From: a virus
Direction: 5' to 3' (one strand)
Virus record (IMG/VR): IMGVR_UViG_3300042896_000657
Coordinates: 32,001-96,000 of that record
DNA: 64,000 nt
The first letter of the stretch is position 1, and the number at the start of each line of letters is the position of its first letter. Of this stretch, positions 48,869-60,082 are shown in pieces. Below the pieces are notes generated by a model, which did no database searches, was not told where the DNA came from, and saw only the letters and a program-made list of their open reading frames with translations. Position numbers and translations under genes: made by a program.

Positions 48869-49252
48869 ATGGTAGAATTTAAAGATTTATTAGGCAAAAC
48901 ACTTACAAAAATAGATATAGATCATGGTAAGGATACAATTACATTCCATTGTAATGATGAGACTGTATATCAACTATTTCATCAACATGATTGTTGCGAA
49001 TTAGTAACAATTGATGATATTGTTGGTGATTTAGAGGATTTACTTGAAAATCCAATTTTATTAGCTGAAGAAGTCTCAAACTACGAACCAACTTCTGAAG
49101 AAGATATTAAAAGAACCAAAGAAATAAATGTATGGGGTTCATGTACTTGGACATTCTATAAATTAGCAACTGTAAAAGGATATGTCGATATTAAATGGTT
49201 TGGTGAATCGAATGGATACTATAGTGAATCTGTAGATTTTAAACAATTGTAA
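48869..49252 (+). CDS. Phage hypothetical protein (DCCE / SNGYYS motif family)
   Basis: HDCCE, TWTFYKL, SNGYYSE. Confidence 0.7.
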   Translation: MVEFKDLLGKTLTKIDIDHGKDTITFHCNDETVYQLFHQHDCCELVTIDDIVGDLEDLLENPILLAEEVSNYEPTSEEDIKRTKEINVWGSCTWTFYKLATVKGYVDIKWFGESNGYYSESVDFKQL

Positions 49253-49261
49253 ATAAAGGTT

Positions 49262-49900
49262 ATGAAAATTACATTAAATAGAGGTCAAAAATTATGGTTC
49301 ACTAGTGATACACACTACAACCATTCAAACATCTGTTCATCCACTACTCAATGGACTGATCCTGTAACTTGTAGAGAATTTAAATCATTAGAATATATGA
49401 ACACTACATTGGTAAATAATATCAATGAAGTAGTAGGTCAAGATGATATTTTATTCCATTTAGGTGATTGGTCATTTGGTGGCTTTGAATTCATCCAATT
49501 ATTCAGAGATCAAATAGTATGTCGTAATGTTCATATCATCACTGGTAATCATGATCATCACATCGAGAGAAACAGAGATAATATTAAATCAATATTCAGT
49601 TCAGTAAACAAATATTTGGATTTAGATGTAAAGTGGGATGCTGGTAAGCAGAGATTCGCTTTAATGCACTTTCCAATCGCAAGTTGGGATAATATGGCTA
49701 GAGGTGCTATTCATTTACATGGTCATGTTCACTTTGAAGCTAATGCAAGAATTGGAGTTGGTAAGATGATGGATGTGGGATGTGATGGAAACGGATTATA
49801 CCCAATTGAAATGAATGAAGTATTAAGATTAATGAATAAACAACCAATCAAAAGTATGTTTAAATTTGATCATCATGAGATTGTTGAAAATTATAAATAA
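49262..49900 (+). CDS. Calcineurin-like metallophosphoesterase
   Basis: TSDTHYNH, HLGD, GNHD, HGHVH. Confidence 0.9.
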   Translation: MKITLNRGQKLWFTSDTHYNHSNICSSTTQWTDPVTCREFKSLEYMNTTLVNNINEVVGQDDILFHLGDWSFGGFEFIQLFRDQIVCRNVHIITGNHDHHIERNRDNIKSIFSSVNKYLDLDVKWDAGKQRFALMHFPIASWDNMARGAIHLHGHVHFEANARIGVGKMMDVGCDGNGLYPIEMNEVLRLMNKQPIKSMFKFDHHEIVENYK

Positions 49901-49901
49901 T

Positions 49902-50312
49902 ATGAATACAATTATATTTCTTCGTGGACTTCCAGGCTCTGGAAAGTCAACATTCGCTAATTATATGTTTTCAAATAATATATTTGAAGCAGATCAATAC
50001 TTCTATGATGAGGATCGAAATTATAATTTTGATGCTTCTAAATTATATGAAGCTCATAAATGGTGTCAACTTAGAGTTGAACATGCTATGGAAGATAACT
50101 TAGAATCTAATGGTATGTATTTTTCAGAAATTGTAGTATCTAATACATCAACAACAGAGAAAGAATTAGAACCATATTTGAAATTAGCTAAAAAATATGA
50201 TTATCAAGTTGTATCATTAATAGTGGAGAATAGACATGGTAACAAATCAGTTCATAATGTGCCTGAAGAAACATTATTAAGAATGAAGAATAGATTTTCA
50301 ATAAAGTTGTAG
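49902..50312 (+). CDS. P-loop kinase, polynucleotide-kinase-like (AAA_33)
   Basis: RGLPGSGKST, EADQYF, VSNT, HNVP. Confidence 0.8.
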   Translation: MNTIIFLRGLPGSGKSTFANYMFSNNIFEADQYFYDEDRNYNFDASKLYEAHKWCQLRVEHAMEDNLESNGMYFSEIVVSNTSTTEKELEPYLKLAKKYDYQVVSLIVENRHGNKSVHNVPEETLLRMKNRFSIKL

Positions 50313-50361
50313 TATCATAATTTATTCCGTATATTAAGGTATAATAATTAAAATAAAGGTT

Positions 50362-50718
50362 ATGAAATATAATAAACAAGACATTATTCAGTTAATTGAA
50401 GATAGAATATTATCAGAATATAAAAAACATTCAGCATCATTACCTAATGAGTGGGCTAAAATAGCAGCTTATAAAATTTATAAATCAATTTCAGATAAAG
50501 AGGAAATTGGGTTACTACAAATAGAGCTTAACCACACTAAAACACTTTTGCAAAGTTGTGAAAAAGCATTAGAAGAAAGGGATAATCAAGATGAAAGAAT
50601 GTATAGTGATGAAGAAGTAATGAATGCTTTACATAGTGTAGAGTTAAAGTACAACAAAGACTTTACTAAAATCTATGAGGGTATGAAAGAATGGTTTGAA
50701 CAATTTAAAAAGAAATAA
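50362..50718 (+). CDS. Hypothetical protein with shared ERMYS..EQFKKK C-terminal module
   Basis: C-terminus duplicated in the 52896 ORF. Confidence 0.65.
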   Translation: MKYNKQDIIQLIEDRILSEYKKHSASLPNEWAKIAAYKIYKSISDKEEIGLLQIELNHTKTLLQSCEKALEERDNQDERMYSDEEVMNALHSVELKYNKDFTKIYEGMKEWFEQFKKK

Positions 50719-50721
50719 GAT

Positions 50722-51330
50722 ATGATAGATAATTTAGAATTAATAAAACCATTACTCAACTTCGATAACGAAGATGATTTCTATATGTTATATATTTTTA
50801 AACGCAAGAAGGATCAAACTGAAGGCGAGAGAGATAATCATCAATCAGTAAGAACTATACGTTCATATTGTATTTCTAGTATTGAACAACTAGAGAAACG
50901 ATATGATGAGATTATCCAATTATGTGAAATGTTTAAAGCAAGAGCATATATTCATATCCAAAAACAAAATCATAAAGATGTATCTTTAGATATGATGGTT
51001 GATCTTGCTCAACGAATTAAAAGCGGACAACATCAACAACAAAATCTATTTGATTCAGTAGTTGGTCAAATGAAAACATATGAGAAAAGATGGATTGTTG
51101 ATATTGATACTAAAGATGAAGATATTATTTTAAATATAAGATATACTATCAATACAATCCGACCTGAAGGTTTAAAAATACATCGTACTATTCCAACTAA
51201 AAATGGAGTTCATCTTATTACTGATAGATTTGATATTCAGGAATTTAAAAAAATATATCCAGAAATCGATATCCAAAAGAAAAATCCAACTCTATTATAT
51301 TATCCTGATTCGTTGGATATTCAGGATTAA
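50722..51330 (+). CDS. Hypothetical protein with AEP/PrimPol-like motifs
   Basis: WIVDID and TKNGVHL. Confidence 0.45.
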   Translation: MIDNLELIKPLLNFDNEDDFYMLYIFKRKKDQTEGERDNHQSVRTIRSYCISSIEQLEKRYDEIIQLCEMFKARAYIHIQKQNHKDVSLDMMVDLAQRIKSGQHQQQNLFDSVVGQMKTYEKRWIVDIDTKDEDIILNIRYTINTIRPEGLKIHRTIPTKNGVHLITDRFDIQEFKKIYPEIDIQKKNPTLLYYPDSLDIQD

Positions 51331-51733
51331 TTACTTATATTTAAGTATAATAAGAAATAAAGGTTATGAGTAAAGAAATCGAACAACTCCAACAAGAAAT
51401 TATAGATAATTTAAAAGAACAACTTGATATTAATCAAAATATAATATTAAATCAAGATAAATTGATTTCAAAATATGAAAAACAATTACAACTATGTTAT
51501 GCTCATATTGATAATCAAAAAGAAATTATAAGTCAATTTACTGAAATTATAAGTCAATTTTACTAATGAGAAAAAAAGCGAGAAAAAAAGCACCGAATAA
51601 AACAGTTCAAAGACTATTAGATGAAATAGATAAAGATCCATGGTATATAAAACTAAAACGATGGTTTAGATTACAAATATGGGTTTGGAAATGCTTAACT
51701 AGAAAATATAATATATTTAAAAAGAAATAAAAT

Positions 51734-52852
51734 ATGGAAAATAATAATTCAGTTTGCTACGTTGCAAAAATAAATGAAATTAAATCTATTGAGGGTGCTG
51801 ATAATATTGAATTAGCAGTAATTGGAGGATGGAATTGTATTACTAAAAAAGGAGAATACAAAGTAGATGATTTAGTAATTATAGCTACTACTGATGCTAT
51901 TATCCCTCAAAATCTATCAGACGCAATGAATGTAACTAATTACTTACGTAAAGGTGGACGTGTACGTACTGTTAAATTAAAAGGAGTATATAGTGAATGT
52001 TTAATCATCCCTAATAAATTTATATTTACAGAATATTACAAAGAAGGAAGCGATATGATGGATAAATTAAGTATCCATAAATACGAACCACCGGTTAAAC
52101 AAATTCAATTAGCATCAGGCCGTAAGATTAAATATAAGGATAATCCTAACTTCCATGTATATTATAAGTTCCCTAATTTAAAGAATGTTGATGGAATGTT
52201 TACTGTAAATGATATGGTAGAAATCACCCGTAAGATTCATGGTACTAATGCTCGTTATGGTATTGTAAAGAAAACTAAATTATCATTATTAGATAAAATT
52301 AAAAAATTCTTTGGAAATAAATGGATTGAATATGAATTTATTGTTGGATCCCATAATGTTGAAAAAGGATCTGAATCACAAGGATTTTATGATACTAACG
52401 TTTGGTATGATATTGAAAAGAAATATAATATTAAATCTAAATTATGGAATTGGGTTAGAAGACATAACCCTATAGATATAGGTGAAGGTATAGTATTATA
52501 TGGAGAAATATATGGTCCAGGTATCCAAAAAAATTATGATTATGGATTAGATGAGATTAAATTTGCTGGGTTTGATATAAAGATGAATGGAGAATATCTA
52601 AATGTAATCAGAGCTAATTTTATAATTACTCAACCCTTATCACTACCATATGTTGAAATATTACATAGAGGTGTATGGTCTCAAGAGATACAAGATAAAT
52701 TCACATTCAATAACTTCATTCCAGGAACTAAAGTACCTGAAGAAGGAATTGTAATTAAACATGTGTCTGGTGAACGCCAAAGAATAGCTAAAGTCATTAA
52801 TCCAGACTATAGTATATATAGTGAAAAACATAATGTTGGGGATAGCCACTAA
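51734..52852 (+). CDS. RNA ligase, DRB0094-like, with N-terminal OB/tRNA-binding-like domain
   Basis: IEGADNIEL; ligase motifs KIHGTN, GEIYG, FDI, EGIVI, AKVI. Confidence 0.88.
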   Translation: MENNNSVCYVAKINEIKSIEGADNIELAVIGGWNCITKKGEYKVDDLVIIATTDAIIPQNLSDAMNVTNYLRKGGRVRTVKLKGVYSECLIIPNKFIFTEYYKEGSDMMDKLSIHKYEPPVKQIQLASGRKIKYKDNPNFHVYYKFPNLKNVDGMFTVNDMVEITRKIHGTNARYGIVKKTKLSLLDKIKKFFGNKWIEYEFIVGSHNVEKGSESQGFYDTNVWYDIEKKYNIKSKLWNWVRRHNPIDIGEGIVLYGEIYGPGIQKNYDYGLDEIKFAGFDIKMNGEYLNVIRANFIITQPLSLPYVEILHRGVWSQEIQDKFTFNNFIPGTKVPEEGIVIKHVSGERQRIAKVINPDYSIYSEKHNVGDSH

Positions 52853-52895
52853 TGTGAGCTACCCCAATTAATATCGTATATTAGTGATATAGATA

Positions 52896-53207
52896 ATGAA
52901 AAATAAACTAATGGAAAAAGAACAACAAAAACAACATCTTATTGATATGATGAGGGATGATGAGAATCTAGGATTGTATGAAAATTGGGTTGAAGATGCT
53001 GAAAAAGAATCCAACCTATCAGATTTAAACGATAAAGCCAATATTTTTTGGAGTGGATTTAGAGTGGGTGTTAAATCTAAAGAAAGAATGTATAGTGATA
53101 AAGAAGTAATGAATGCTTTACATAGTGTAGAGTTAAAGTACAACAAAGACTTTACTAAAATCTATGAGGGTATGAAAGAATGGTTTGAACAATATAAAAA
53201 TAAATAA
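52896..53207 (+). CDS. Hypothetical protein with shared ERMYS module
   Basis: 112-nt near-identity with 50593-50704. Confidence 0.65.
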   Translation: MKNKLMEKEQQKQHLIDMMRDDENLGLYENWVEDAEKESNLSDLNDKANIFWSGFRVGVKSKERMYSDKEVMNALHSVELKYNKDFTKIYEGMKEWFEQYKNK

Positions 53208-53444
53208 TATGAAAAAATACTATATAGAAGTAATAGGAGCAAGTAAAGAATTATATACTGTAAAAGCAGACAACATGTTAACCAAATCAGATGGCTGTTA
53301 TGTATTTTATGATGAATATGGATCTATAATAGCATCATATCCAATTGATAAAAGTATAATTAAATCTATTGAAACAAAATAATAGTTGCTATGTCATAAT
53401 TAATATCGTATATTAAGGTATAATAATTAAAATAAATAAAGGTT

Positions 53445-54296
53445 ATGAAAAACATACACTTAATATCAACGGACAAACCAAGTAGGTTGTGGACTAATAA
53501 TCTAAAGAGAAGATTAGTATTAGATGAATTTCCCTCTCAACATCCAACCAATATTGCAAAAAACATCTACATCACATCTGATGAAGAAATTAAAGAAGGA
53601 GATTGGTGCTTAGATATTTTTTTACAAGCTATATTTCAAGCAAATAGTTTTATGGGTATAAAAACTAAAAACACAGCAAGAAAAATCATTCTAACAACAG
53701 ACCAAGACTTAATCAAAGATGGTGTTCAAGATATTAATGATGAATTTTTAGAATGGTTTGTTAGGAATCCAAGTTGTGAAAGTGTTGAGGTTATTAAAGA
53801 TTTATTTCAAGTAAATCAAAACAATCCTGTATTAAAAGGAAGTACAGCATTAGTAAAACAACATAAAATCATCATTCCACAAGAAGAACCTAAACAAGAT
53901 TTAGAAAAAGAAATGTTTGAGTTAGAACAGGAACTTGATATACCATCATCTATGAGATGGCACAATTCTAAACCTAAACAAGAAATCAAATTAGAAGATA
54001 TTTTTAATGATGAAAAGAAACAAGGTGTAAAAGATTTGATTGATGCACATAAACAAGAAACACTTGAAGAAGTAGCTAAATCAGAAGCATTTGAATTTAG
54101 TGTTGATTATAAACCATGGGAAACAGATTTAGATTATAGAGAATATGCTGAATATGGCTTTGAGAAGGGTTTTATAGAAGGTGCTAAATACCAAGCTAAA
54201 GGAATGTATAGTGAGAAAGAAGTATTAGCAATGTTATTAATTAAGCACAATGGTTTAACTCCACAATATGTTTTAGAACAATTTAAAAAGAAATAA
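53445..54296 (+). CDS. Modular phage hypothetical protein
   Basis: MKNIHL..TDKPSRL, KIILTTDQDL, KQETLEE, GMYSEKEV..EQFKKK. Confidence 0.7.
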   Translation: MKNIHLISTDKPSRLWTNNLKRRLVLDEFPSQHPTNIAKNIYITSDEEIKEGDWCLDIFLQAIFQANSFMGIKTKNTARKIILTTDQDLIKDGVQDINDEFLEWFVRNPSCESVEVIKDLFQVNQNNPVLKGSTALVKQHKIIIPQEEPKQDLEKEMFELEQELDIPSSMRWHNSKPKQEIKLEDIFNDEKKQGVKDLIDAHKQETLEEVAKSEAFEFSVDYKPWETDLDYREYAEYGFEKGFIEGAKYQAKGMYSEKEVLAMLLIKHNGLTPQYVLEQFKKK

Positions 54297-54964
54297 TATG
54301 AGTACAAATTCAATAAACAGAACTAATGACGAGGAAATAATCGACATTATGAACAGTATTTTATCAAATGGTAATATGCAAGTAGAAACAATTAACGAAG
54401 CCATTTTGGTTAAATTAATGGAACTACGAGGCACTCCAATAAAATACAGTAAAACATTAAGAAATATTGACGAGGATTATGAGCGTTGGCAAAATGGCTT
54501 ATAACTCATTGCAAACCGAACCTTTATATCGCATAGCCACTCACTAACCAAACTTAAAAAAAAATGGAAAAGCAAATTGAAAATGTGTTTGTCGAAATAG
54601 ATGGTAATCTCATACCTATAAGAGAACTATCAAAGAGTCAATATGAGACATTCTTAGAAATTATACACCGAATAAGATTAGCTTATATAACAACAATTGA
54701 TAAACCCACTAACCAAACTTAAAAATGAAAACAATAAAATTTATCTTATTTATCGAGTTCGTAGCACTATTCGTTTGTGGTGCTTGTCATTTAGTAGCAT
54801 TTTTTACCAAAACGGGATTTCCAATATCAATGTATTGGATTATACCATCAATTGTATTAATATGCTGTTTATTGGCAATTTTCATTATAGCACCTATTGG
54901 GGAGTGGTTTCTTTATTAAATTCACCATAACCCAATCACTAATCAAACATAAAAACCAAAAATA

Positions 54965-55306
54965 ATGATAAGAATAAATGAACTAAAACTAAATAATCTA
55001 ATAACATACTCAGGAACTAATACGGTGAGAGTGATGAATATTAGTAATACACATCTGGGGGTAGAGAATAATAAAATCCAGAAATATAAAAAAATAAAGA
55101 AATTTAATCCAATACCATTAACGGATGAATGGTTGATGAAATTAGGATTTAAACGAATAGTGAATGATTGGTATTATAGAGGTGTGTTTGTGCATACTAG
55201 GAAACGAGGGTATGTGGTGAGGAGGTCGATGCCACAAGTGGAGTATGTACATCAATTACAAAATGTATTTTTTGTATTGAAAGGTAAGGAATTGGATGTA
55301 GTATAA
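54965..55306 (+). CDS. Phage hypothetical protein
   Basis: PIPLTDEWLMKLGF..YVHQLQN. Confidence 0.7.
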   Translation: MIRINELKLNNLITYSGTNTVRVMNISNTHLGVENNKIQKYKKIKKFNPIPLTDEWLMKLGFKRIVNDWYYRGVFVHTRKRGYVVRRSMPQVEYVHQLQNVFFVLKGKELDVV

Positions 55307-55389
55307 TTAAATTCGTTAGAGTAATGGTAAAATAAACGTTAATTCAACGAGTGTTAATGAAATACATAGTAGTGTGCGAGAAGTGATAA

Positions 55390-56250
55390 GAGTTTTGTAA
55401 AAGTTAGCACTTTTGTGTGAAATTGCTACATAACGTATTATATGTGATGTGTGACAAACAGTGTTTTGTGTAACGAAACAAGAGTTTCGGGCGCCCGAAA
55501 CGATAGTTTAGGGTAATGAGAATGCGTATGGTATGTGGAATGTTGTTAGTGTGTGGTATTGTGCGTAAAAATATATACCCGAACTTTCCCCCGCCACTCC
55601 CCCAACTCCTCGTCGACAAAGTATATACTTCACCGCATAATCGTTGGTTTTATTGACGTCCCTACGCGATTTTGTATAAACTTGTGTTGTAAATAAGCAC
55701 TAATGTGATTATTGCTTGTCGCAATTAATTTTGTACATTAATGGTATGGAAACAAACGAATTTTTTGCATTATTATTTTTATTATTCAATTTATTTTGTT
55801 ATTTATTTAAAGATAAATACATTTTGTGTAATAAAGCGTGGTTTGTGCTAAAAGCATTCTGGATTGCATTAGCTGTTGTACTTGCAATTGGTTTTGTTAA
55901 GGATCAATTTAAAAATAAGTAATTTTTTACACAACATATTGCGCTTTCACCCGCGTCCCTAGCAATAGGTGTGTAATTTTGTGTAGGATTTTGTACAAGT
56001 GGTTTTGTATAATAATGGTTTTGTACACCAAATATGTAATATATTGCGTTTATGCGCGTTTATATAAATAAGTTTTGTGTAGAGTTTTGTATAAAGGACC
56101 CCACCGCAAAATAAATCGCGGTTTAAATGCGATTTTGTACGCGTAAATAGTTTTTTACAAAGAAAATAAAGGACCCCACCGCATTATTTTATAAGTTTTG
56201 TATAAAGAATTTTGTATAAATGGGTTTTGTCCAAATTAGTTTTGTACATT
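55390..56250. repeat. Largely non-coding region with many TTTTGT(A/G) motifs and an 18-nt direct repeat
   Basis: Over 15 TTTTGTA/TTTTGTG copies; ATAAAGGACCCCACCGCA at 56091-56108 and 56166-56183; palindrome AAGTATATACTT at 55619-55630. Confidence 0.7.
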
Positions 56251-56256
56251 AATGAT

Positions 56257-56712
56257 ATGAGAGTAATAGAAAAAGATACTAGATTTGGTCCACGTAAAGC
56301 ATACACAAACGTAGAACCATTATATAAAATGTTTACCAAAGGTATACGTGTATTACCAGCACCATATTTTGAGGATCGTAAAATTATGTTTACTTTTGTT
56401 GCACAACACGATCCAGGAACACCTGGTTGGTTAGAAGGTGGATATGAAGTGGCTGGTCCAACAGGTGATTTTAGAGCATATTATTTAGACCAGTTAATAT
56501 TACATCCAGAAATAATTAAACGTCGTCACAAAACAGATATTGAGACGAACAAGTCCGGCTTGAAGCGCGGGCGCAAAGGTGGGGAACCAAAATTCCCTAA
56601 AGTAGGTGGAACAGGAAAACGTGGTAGGCCATCAGTTGATCCAGCATTACGTAAGAATAAACCTTATGTCGCAAATGGTCTACCACGGGGAAGGCGTAAG
56701 AAAGTAGAATAA
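56257..56712 (+). CDS. Basic protein with AT-hook-like motifs
   Basis: KRGRK, KRGRP, PRGRRK; ATG directly after a promoter motif. Confidence 0.65.
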   Translation: MRVIEKDTRFGPRKAYTNVEPLYKMFTKGIRVLPAPYFEDRKIMFTFVAQHDPGTPGWLEGGYEVAGPTGDFRAYYLDQLILHPEIIKRRHKTDIETNKSGLKRGRKGGEPKFPKVGGTGKRGRPSVDPALRKNKPYVANGLPRGRRKKVE

Positions 56713-58424
56713 GTTTTGTCCAAATCAATTTTATATATTAATGGTATGGAAAAAGATATGAAAACAAAAATCGAAGAATTAAGAGAATCAATTGGTAAAA
56801 TAATGTCACACAACTACAGCCCAATACTTAGAGCAAAGTTAGTTAAAGTGAATAAAGTAACTTGTGTACTTGAAGTAACTAAAGGTGAATATGTTAAAGA
56901 TAAAGATTATACTATAGGTATGAGATTTAAAGATAATGTAAGCCATACTTGGAATGCTTTATATTATTAGTCAGAATCCCTTTAGTACATTAATGATATA
57001 GATAATTAAAACAAAACGATATGACAAACGAACAAAGCCAAATTTTAAGTAAATTAATTGATGCTAAATGGGATTCAGACCACCTAGAATCTTATCACGA
57101 ACGTGATATTGCACGTCAGAATTATTATAATTTAAAACGTGAATTAGTTGAATCAATGGGATTAGATGAATTTATAGAATTTATGAATATGGGAGCAAAA
57201 ATGTTCGCTCCGGCACAATCCTAATTGTATATTAACGTATAAGATAAAACGATATGAAAACAAATAGAGTAAAAGCATTTGATTTAAGAGAAGAATTAGA
57301 AAATAATCATGGAGTAACTCCAGAAAGTTTATTAAACTATTTAATGGATTGTTGGATGTCAGGGGATGATTCATTACAAGCAGTAGAGGATTTTAAGAAT
57401 GATGTTATAAATAATTGATTAATCAGAATCCTAATCGTATATTAACGTATTAGATAATTAAAAAACAAAGATATGAAATTTATTAGATTAACAAGCCTTA
57501 AAGATTCAAAACCAGTATTTATTAATCCAGACTTTATAGGACATATGTTTAGAGTTCCTGAAAAAATGAGTTATGGAAGTGTTGATGAAGTAGAACATAC
57601 AACTGTGGGTGTCACAACTCATAATAATGGAGGATTTAAAGTTATAGAAGATGTAAAGCAAATTCTAAAACTGATTGAATTGTCAGAATCTCACTCGTAC
57701 ATTAACGTATAAGATAATTAAAACAAAAACGATATGAAAAAATTAGATTACGACACATTAGTAATGATTGAAGGTTTAATAGATTTAAGAGATTTAGATT
57801 TATTTAAAAACGCTTTAGAAAATATTACAAACGATTTAGAAATGGAAGGTTTTGAATTAAGTGATGTCAAAGCATATTTTCAATTAATATTAAATGAAAT
57901 ATTAGGAGATCAATAGTCAGAATCCACCTCGTATATTAATGGTATAGATAATTAAAAAAAAAACGATATGAAAAAATTTAACGGTTTCGAAAGTTACAAT
58001 CTAGTAACAGGTTTAGAATTATTAAGAGAATCTTATTTAGCTGATATTAAAGCAGCTACTGATAAAGGCAAACATCACATATTTAGTGAAAGATTTGCAA
58101 ATGGTACTATTGATGATTTAATTAAGATTGTTAAAGATAATACTAAAAAGGATAAATACGTATTTAGTCATGAATGTACTCAATATAAAGAAGTTTGATA
58201 AAAAACAATAGATTATGTGGGGATTAAATTGTAAATATTATACTAAAACATTTAATTCATTAGATGAATTAATTGAGGATATTATGAGTTAGGAATGGAT
58301 CCAAATTATGAAATAGTCAGAAATGGAAAAATAACCAGCGAAATGGCTATTGATTTTATTGTATTTTAATAGTCAAAATCCAACTCGTATATTAACGTAT
58401 AAATAAATAATTAAAAATAAAGAT

Positions 58425-58784
58425 ATGACAAAAGAAGAAACATTACACACATTAAGAACCATGAATTTAGTTGGTTCAGTTTCATTAGGACTTGATAGTG
58501 TTATAGCATTGGTTGAGAGTTTAGATTTAATTGAAGTAACTACAGTTAGTGATGAATCTAAAAGTTTAGTAATTAATCAATTAATTGAAGAGTTAGATAA
58601 TGATAACATAGGAGATTTTATGTTAATGCCATCTTCTAATCAAATAATGGATTGTATTGATGATTTTGAAGTTAATATATATGATAAAAGAATTGAACTT
58701 GAAGAAATTTATATTGATGAATATAAATTAGCAGAGTTAATTCAAGATGGTGTGAAAAAATGGTTGAATGATAGATTGTCCTAA
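58425..58784 (+). CDS. Acidic hypothetical early protein
   Basis: 119-aa ORF behind a promoter repeat. Confidence 0.7.
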   Translation: MTKEETLHTLRTMNLVGSVSLGLDSVIALVESLDLIEVTTVSDESKSLVINQLIEELDNDNIGDFMLMPSSNQIMDCIDDFEVNIYDKRIELEEIYIDEYKLAELIQDGVKKWLNDRLS

Positions 58785-58990
58785 ATGCGAAGGCTCAGGC
58801 TTTCGCTCTGTAGAATCATCCAGCACATATAATGATATAGAATACAATAAACCTAATATACAGGTACCATGTATTGCCTGTAAAGGTGCTCGTCAAGTTA
58901 CTAAATTGAAGGCATTTCATATTAATAAGAAATACAAATAGTCACAATCCTAATCATACATTGACGGTATAGATAATTAAAACAAACGAT

Positions 58991-59275
58991 ATGAACAGAG
59001 AACTATTTTTAGAAAGTACATTAAGCCAAATTTCACAAGTTTATTCAGGCAAAAATCATAATTGTAGATGTGGTTGTGCAGGATCTTATACTGCAACTTC
59101 ATTTATGGATGAACCTAGAGATGATATTAATGATAAGTTAGTAGAAAGAAGATTAAAGAAAGCGAAAGCATTAATTTTAAATGGTGCTAATGTTGATTAT
59201 GCTGAAACTTATGTTAATGTTGAAACTGGAGATAATAGAGCTTTGACATTCTATTTTGATGAAGTAAGAGCTTAG
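58991..59275 (+). CDS. Hypothetical early protein with CRCGC motif
   Basis: YSGK..CRCGCAG. Confidence 0.7.
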   Translation: MNRELFLESTLSQISQVYSGKNHNCRCGCAGSYTATSFMDEPRDDINDKLVERRLKKAKALILNGANVDYAETYVNVETGDNRALTFYFDEVRA

Positions 59276-59317
59276 TCACAATCTCTCTCGTATATTAATG
59301 GTATAATAAGAAACGAT

Positions 59318-59617
59318 ATGAAAAAAACAAATAAATCAGCAGACGGAACATCATTCCACAACACAATGATTAAAACCACAATTGGTGAATTAGTAAGAGT
59401 ATTAGGTGAACCAACTTATCAACAAAATACAGGTAAAGATAAAGTGAATGTAGAATGGGTTTGTGAAACTATTGATGGTAATGTAGTGACAATCTATGAT
59501 TGGAAAGAATATATTACACTAAGTGAAAATGAAGAAATATTATTTCATTTGGGTGGTCACAGTTTAATCCATACATTGGATGGTAAGGATGAATTATTAA
59601 GATTATTAGAAAAATAG
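59318..59617 (+). CDS. Conserved phage hypothetical protein
   Basis: LGEP..DKVNVEW..TIYDWK..FHLGG. Confidence 0.7.
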   Translation: MKKTNKSADGTSFHNTMIKTTIGELVRVLGEPTYQQNTGKDKVNVEWVCETIDGNVVTIYDWKEYITLSENEEILFHLGGHSLIHTLDGKDELLRLLEK

Positions 59618-59690
59618 GGTTATGTGTTGTTGTTCAGGATACATAAATGCAAAAGTGAACATGGCGACTCGGAAAGACGAGTAACAATAT

Positions 59691-59831
59691 AGTCAGGTGG
59701 TGAAATTGGTAGACACGCTAATGTAGGCATCTTTAAGATGGACGATTGTACTCCGCAGGTTCACGTTAGTTTATTCTAAAGAGATATGAGTACACTTAAT
59801 AGAATTACAGGTTCGAATCCTGTCCTGACTA
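59691..59831 (+). ncRNA. tRNA-like scaffold RNA, copy 7
   Basis: AGTCAGGTGGTGAAATTGGTAGACAC (compensatory D-stem change GTG/CAC)..ACAGGTTCGAATCCTGTCCTGACTA. Confidence 0.75.
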
Positions 59832-59926
59832 CAGCAAATTAGAAGTGTCGCAATACGCGTTTCAATCTAATTGATAGACGTATCAATGAAATATGTTCGG
59901 AGGTGAAAATCCTTAGCTTCTAAAAT

Positions 59927-60037
59927 AGTCAGGTGGCGCAATTGGTAGCCAAAAAGGGATGTTGAAGGTAGTAGTAATACTCCGCCTCGAACAAGTGTAG
60001 GCGACTTTTACAGGTTCGAGTCCTGTCCTGACTACCA
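59927..60037 (+). ncRNA. tRNA-like scaffold RNA, copy 8 (encoded CCA end)
   Basis: Conserved ends, finishing CCTGACT-A-CCA. Confidence 0.75.
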
Positions 60038-60082
60038 GGTCGGTTGTAAGTGACATCCCAGAAGTTATGGAACTTTCAAATT

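Noticed and set aside
50593-53193. Diversity-generating retroelement TR/VR pair
   Set aside because: Only one mismatch in 112 nt, both copies are coding, and no reverse transcriptase is in the window.
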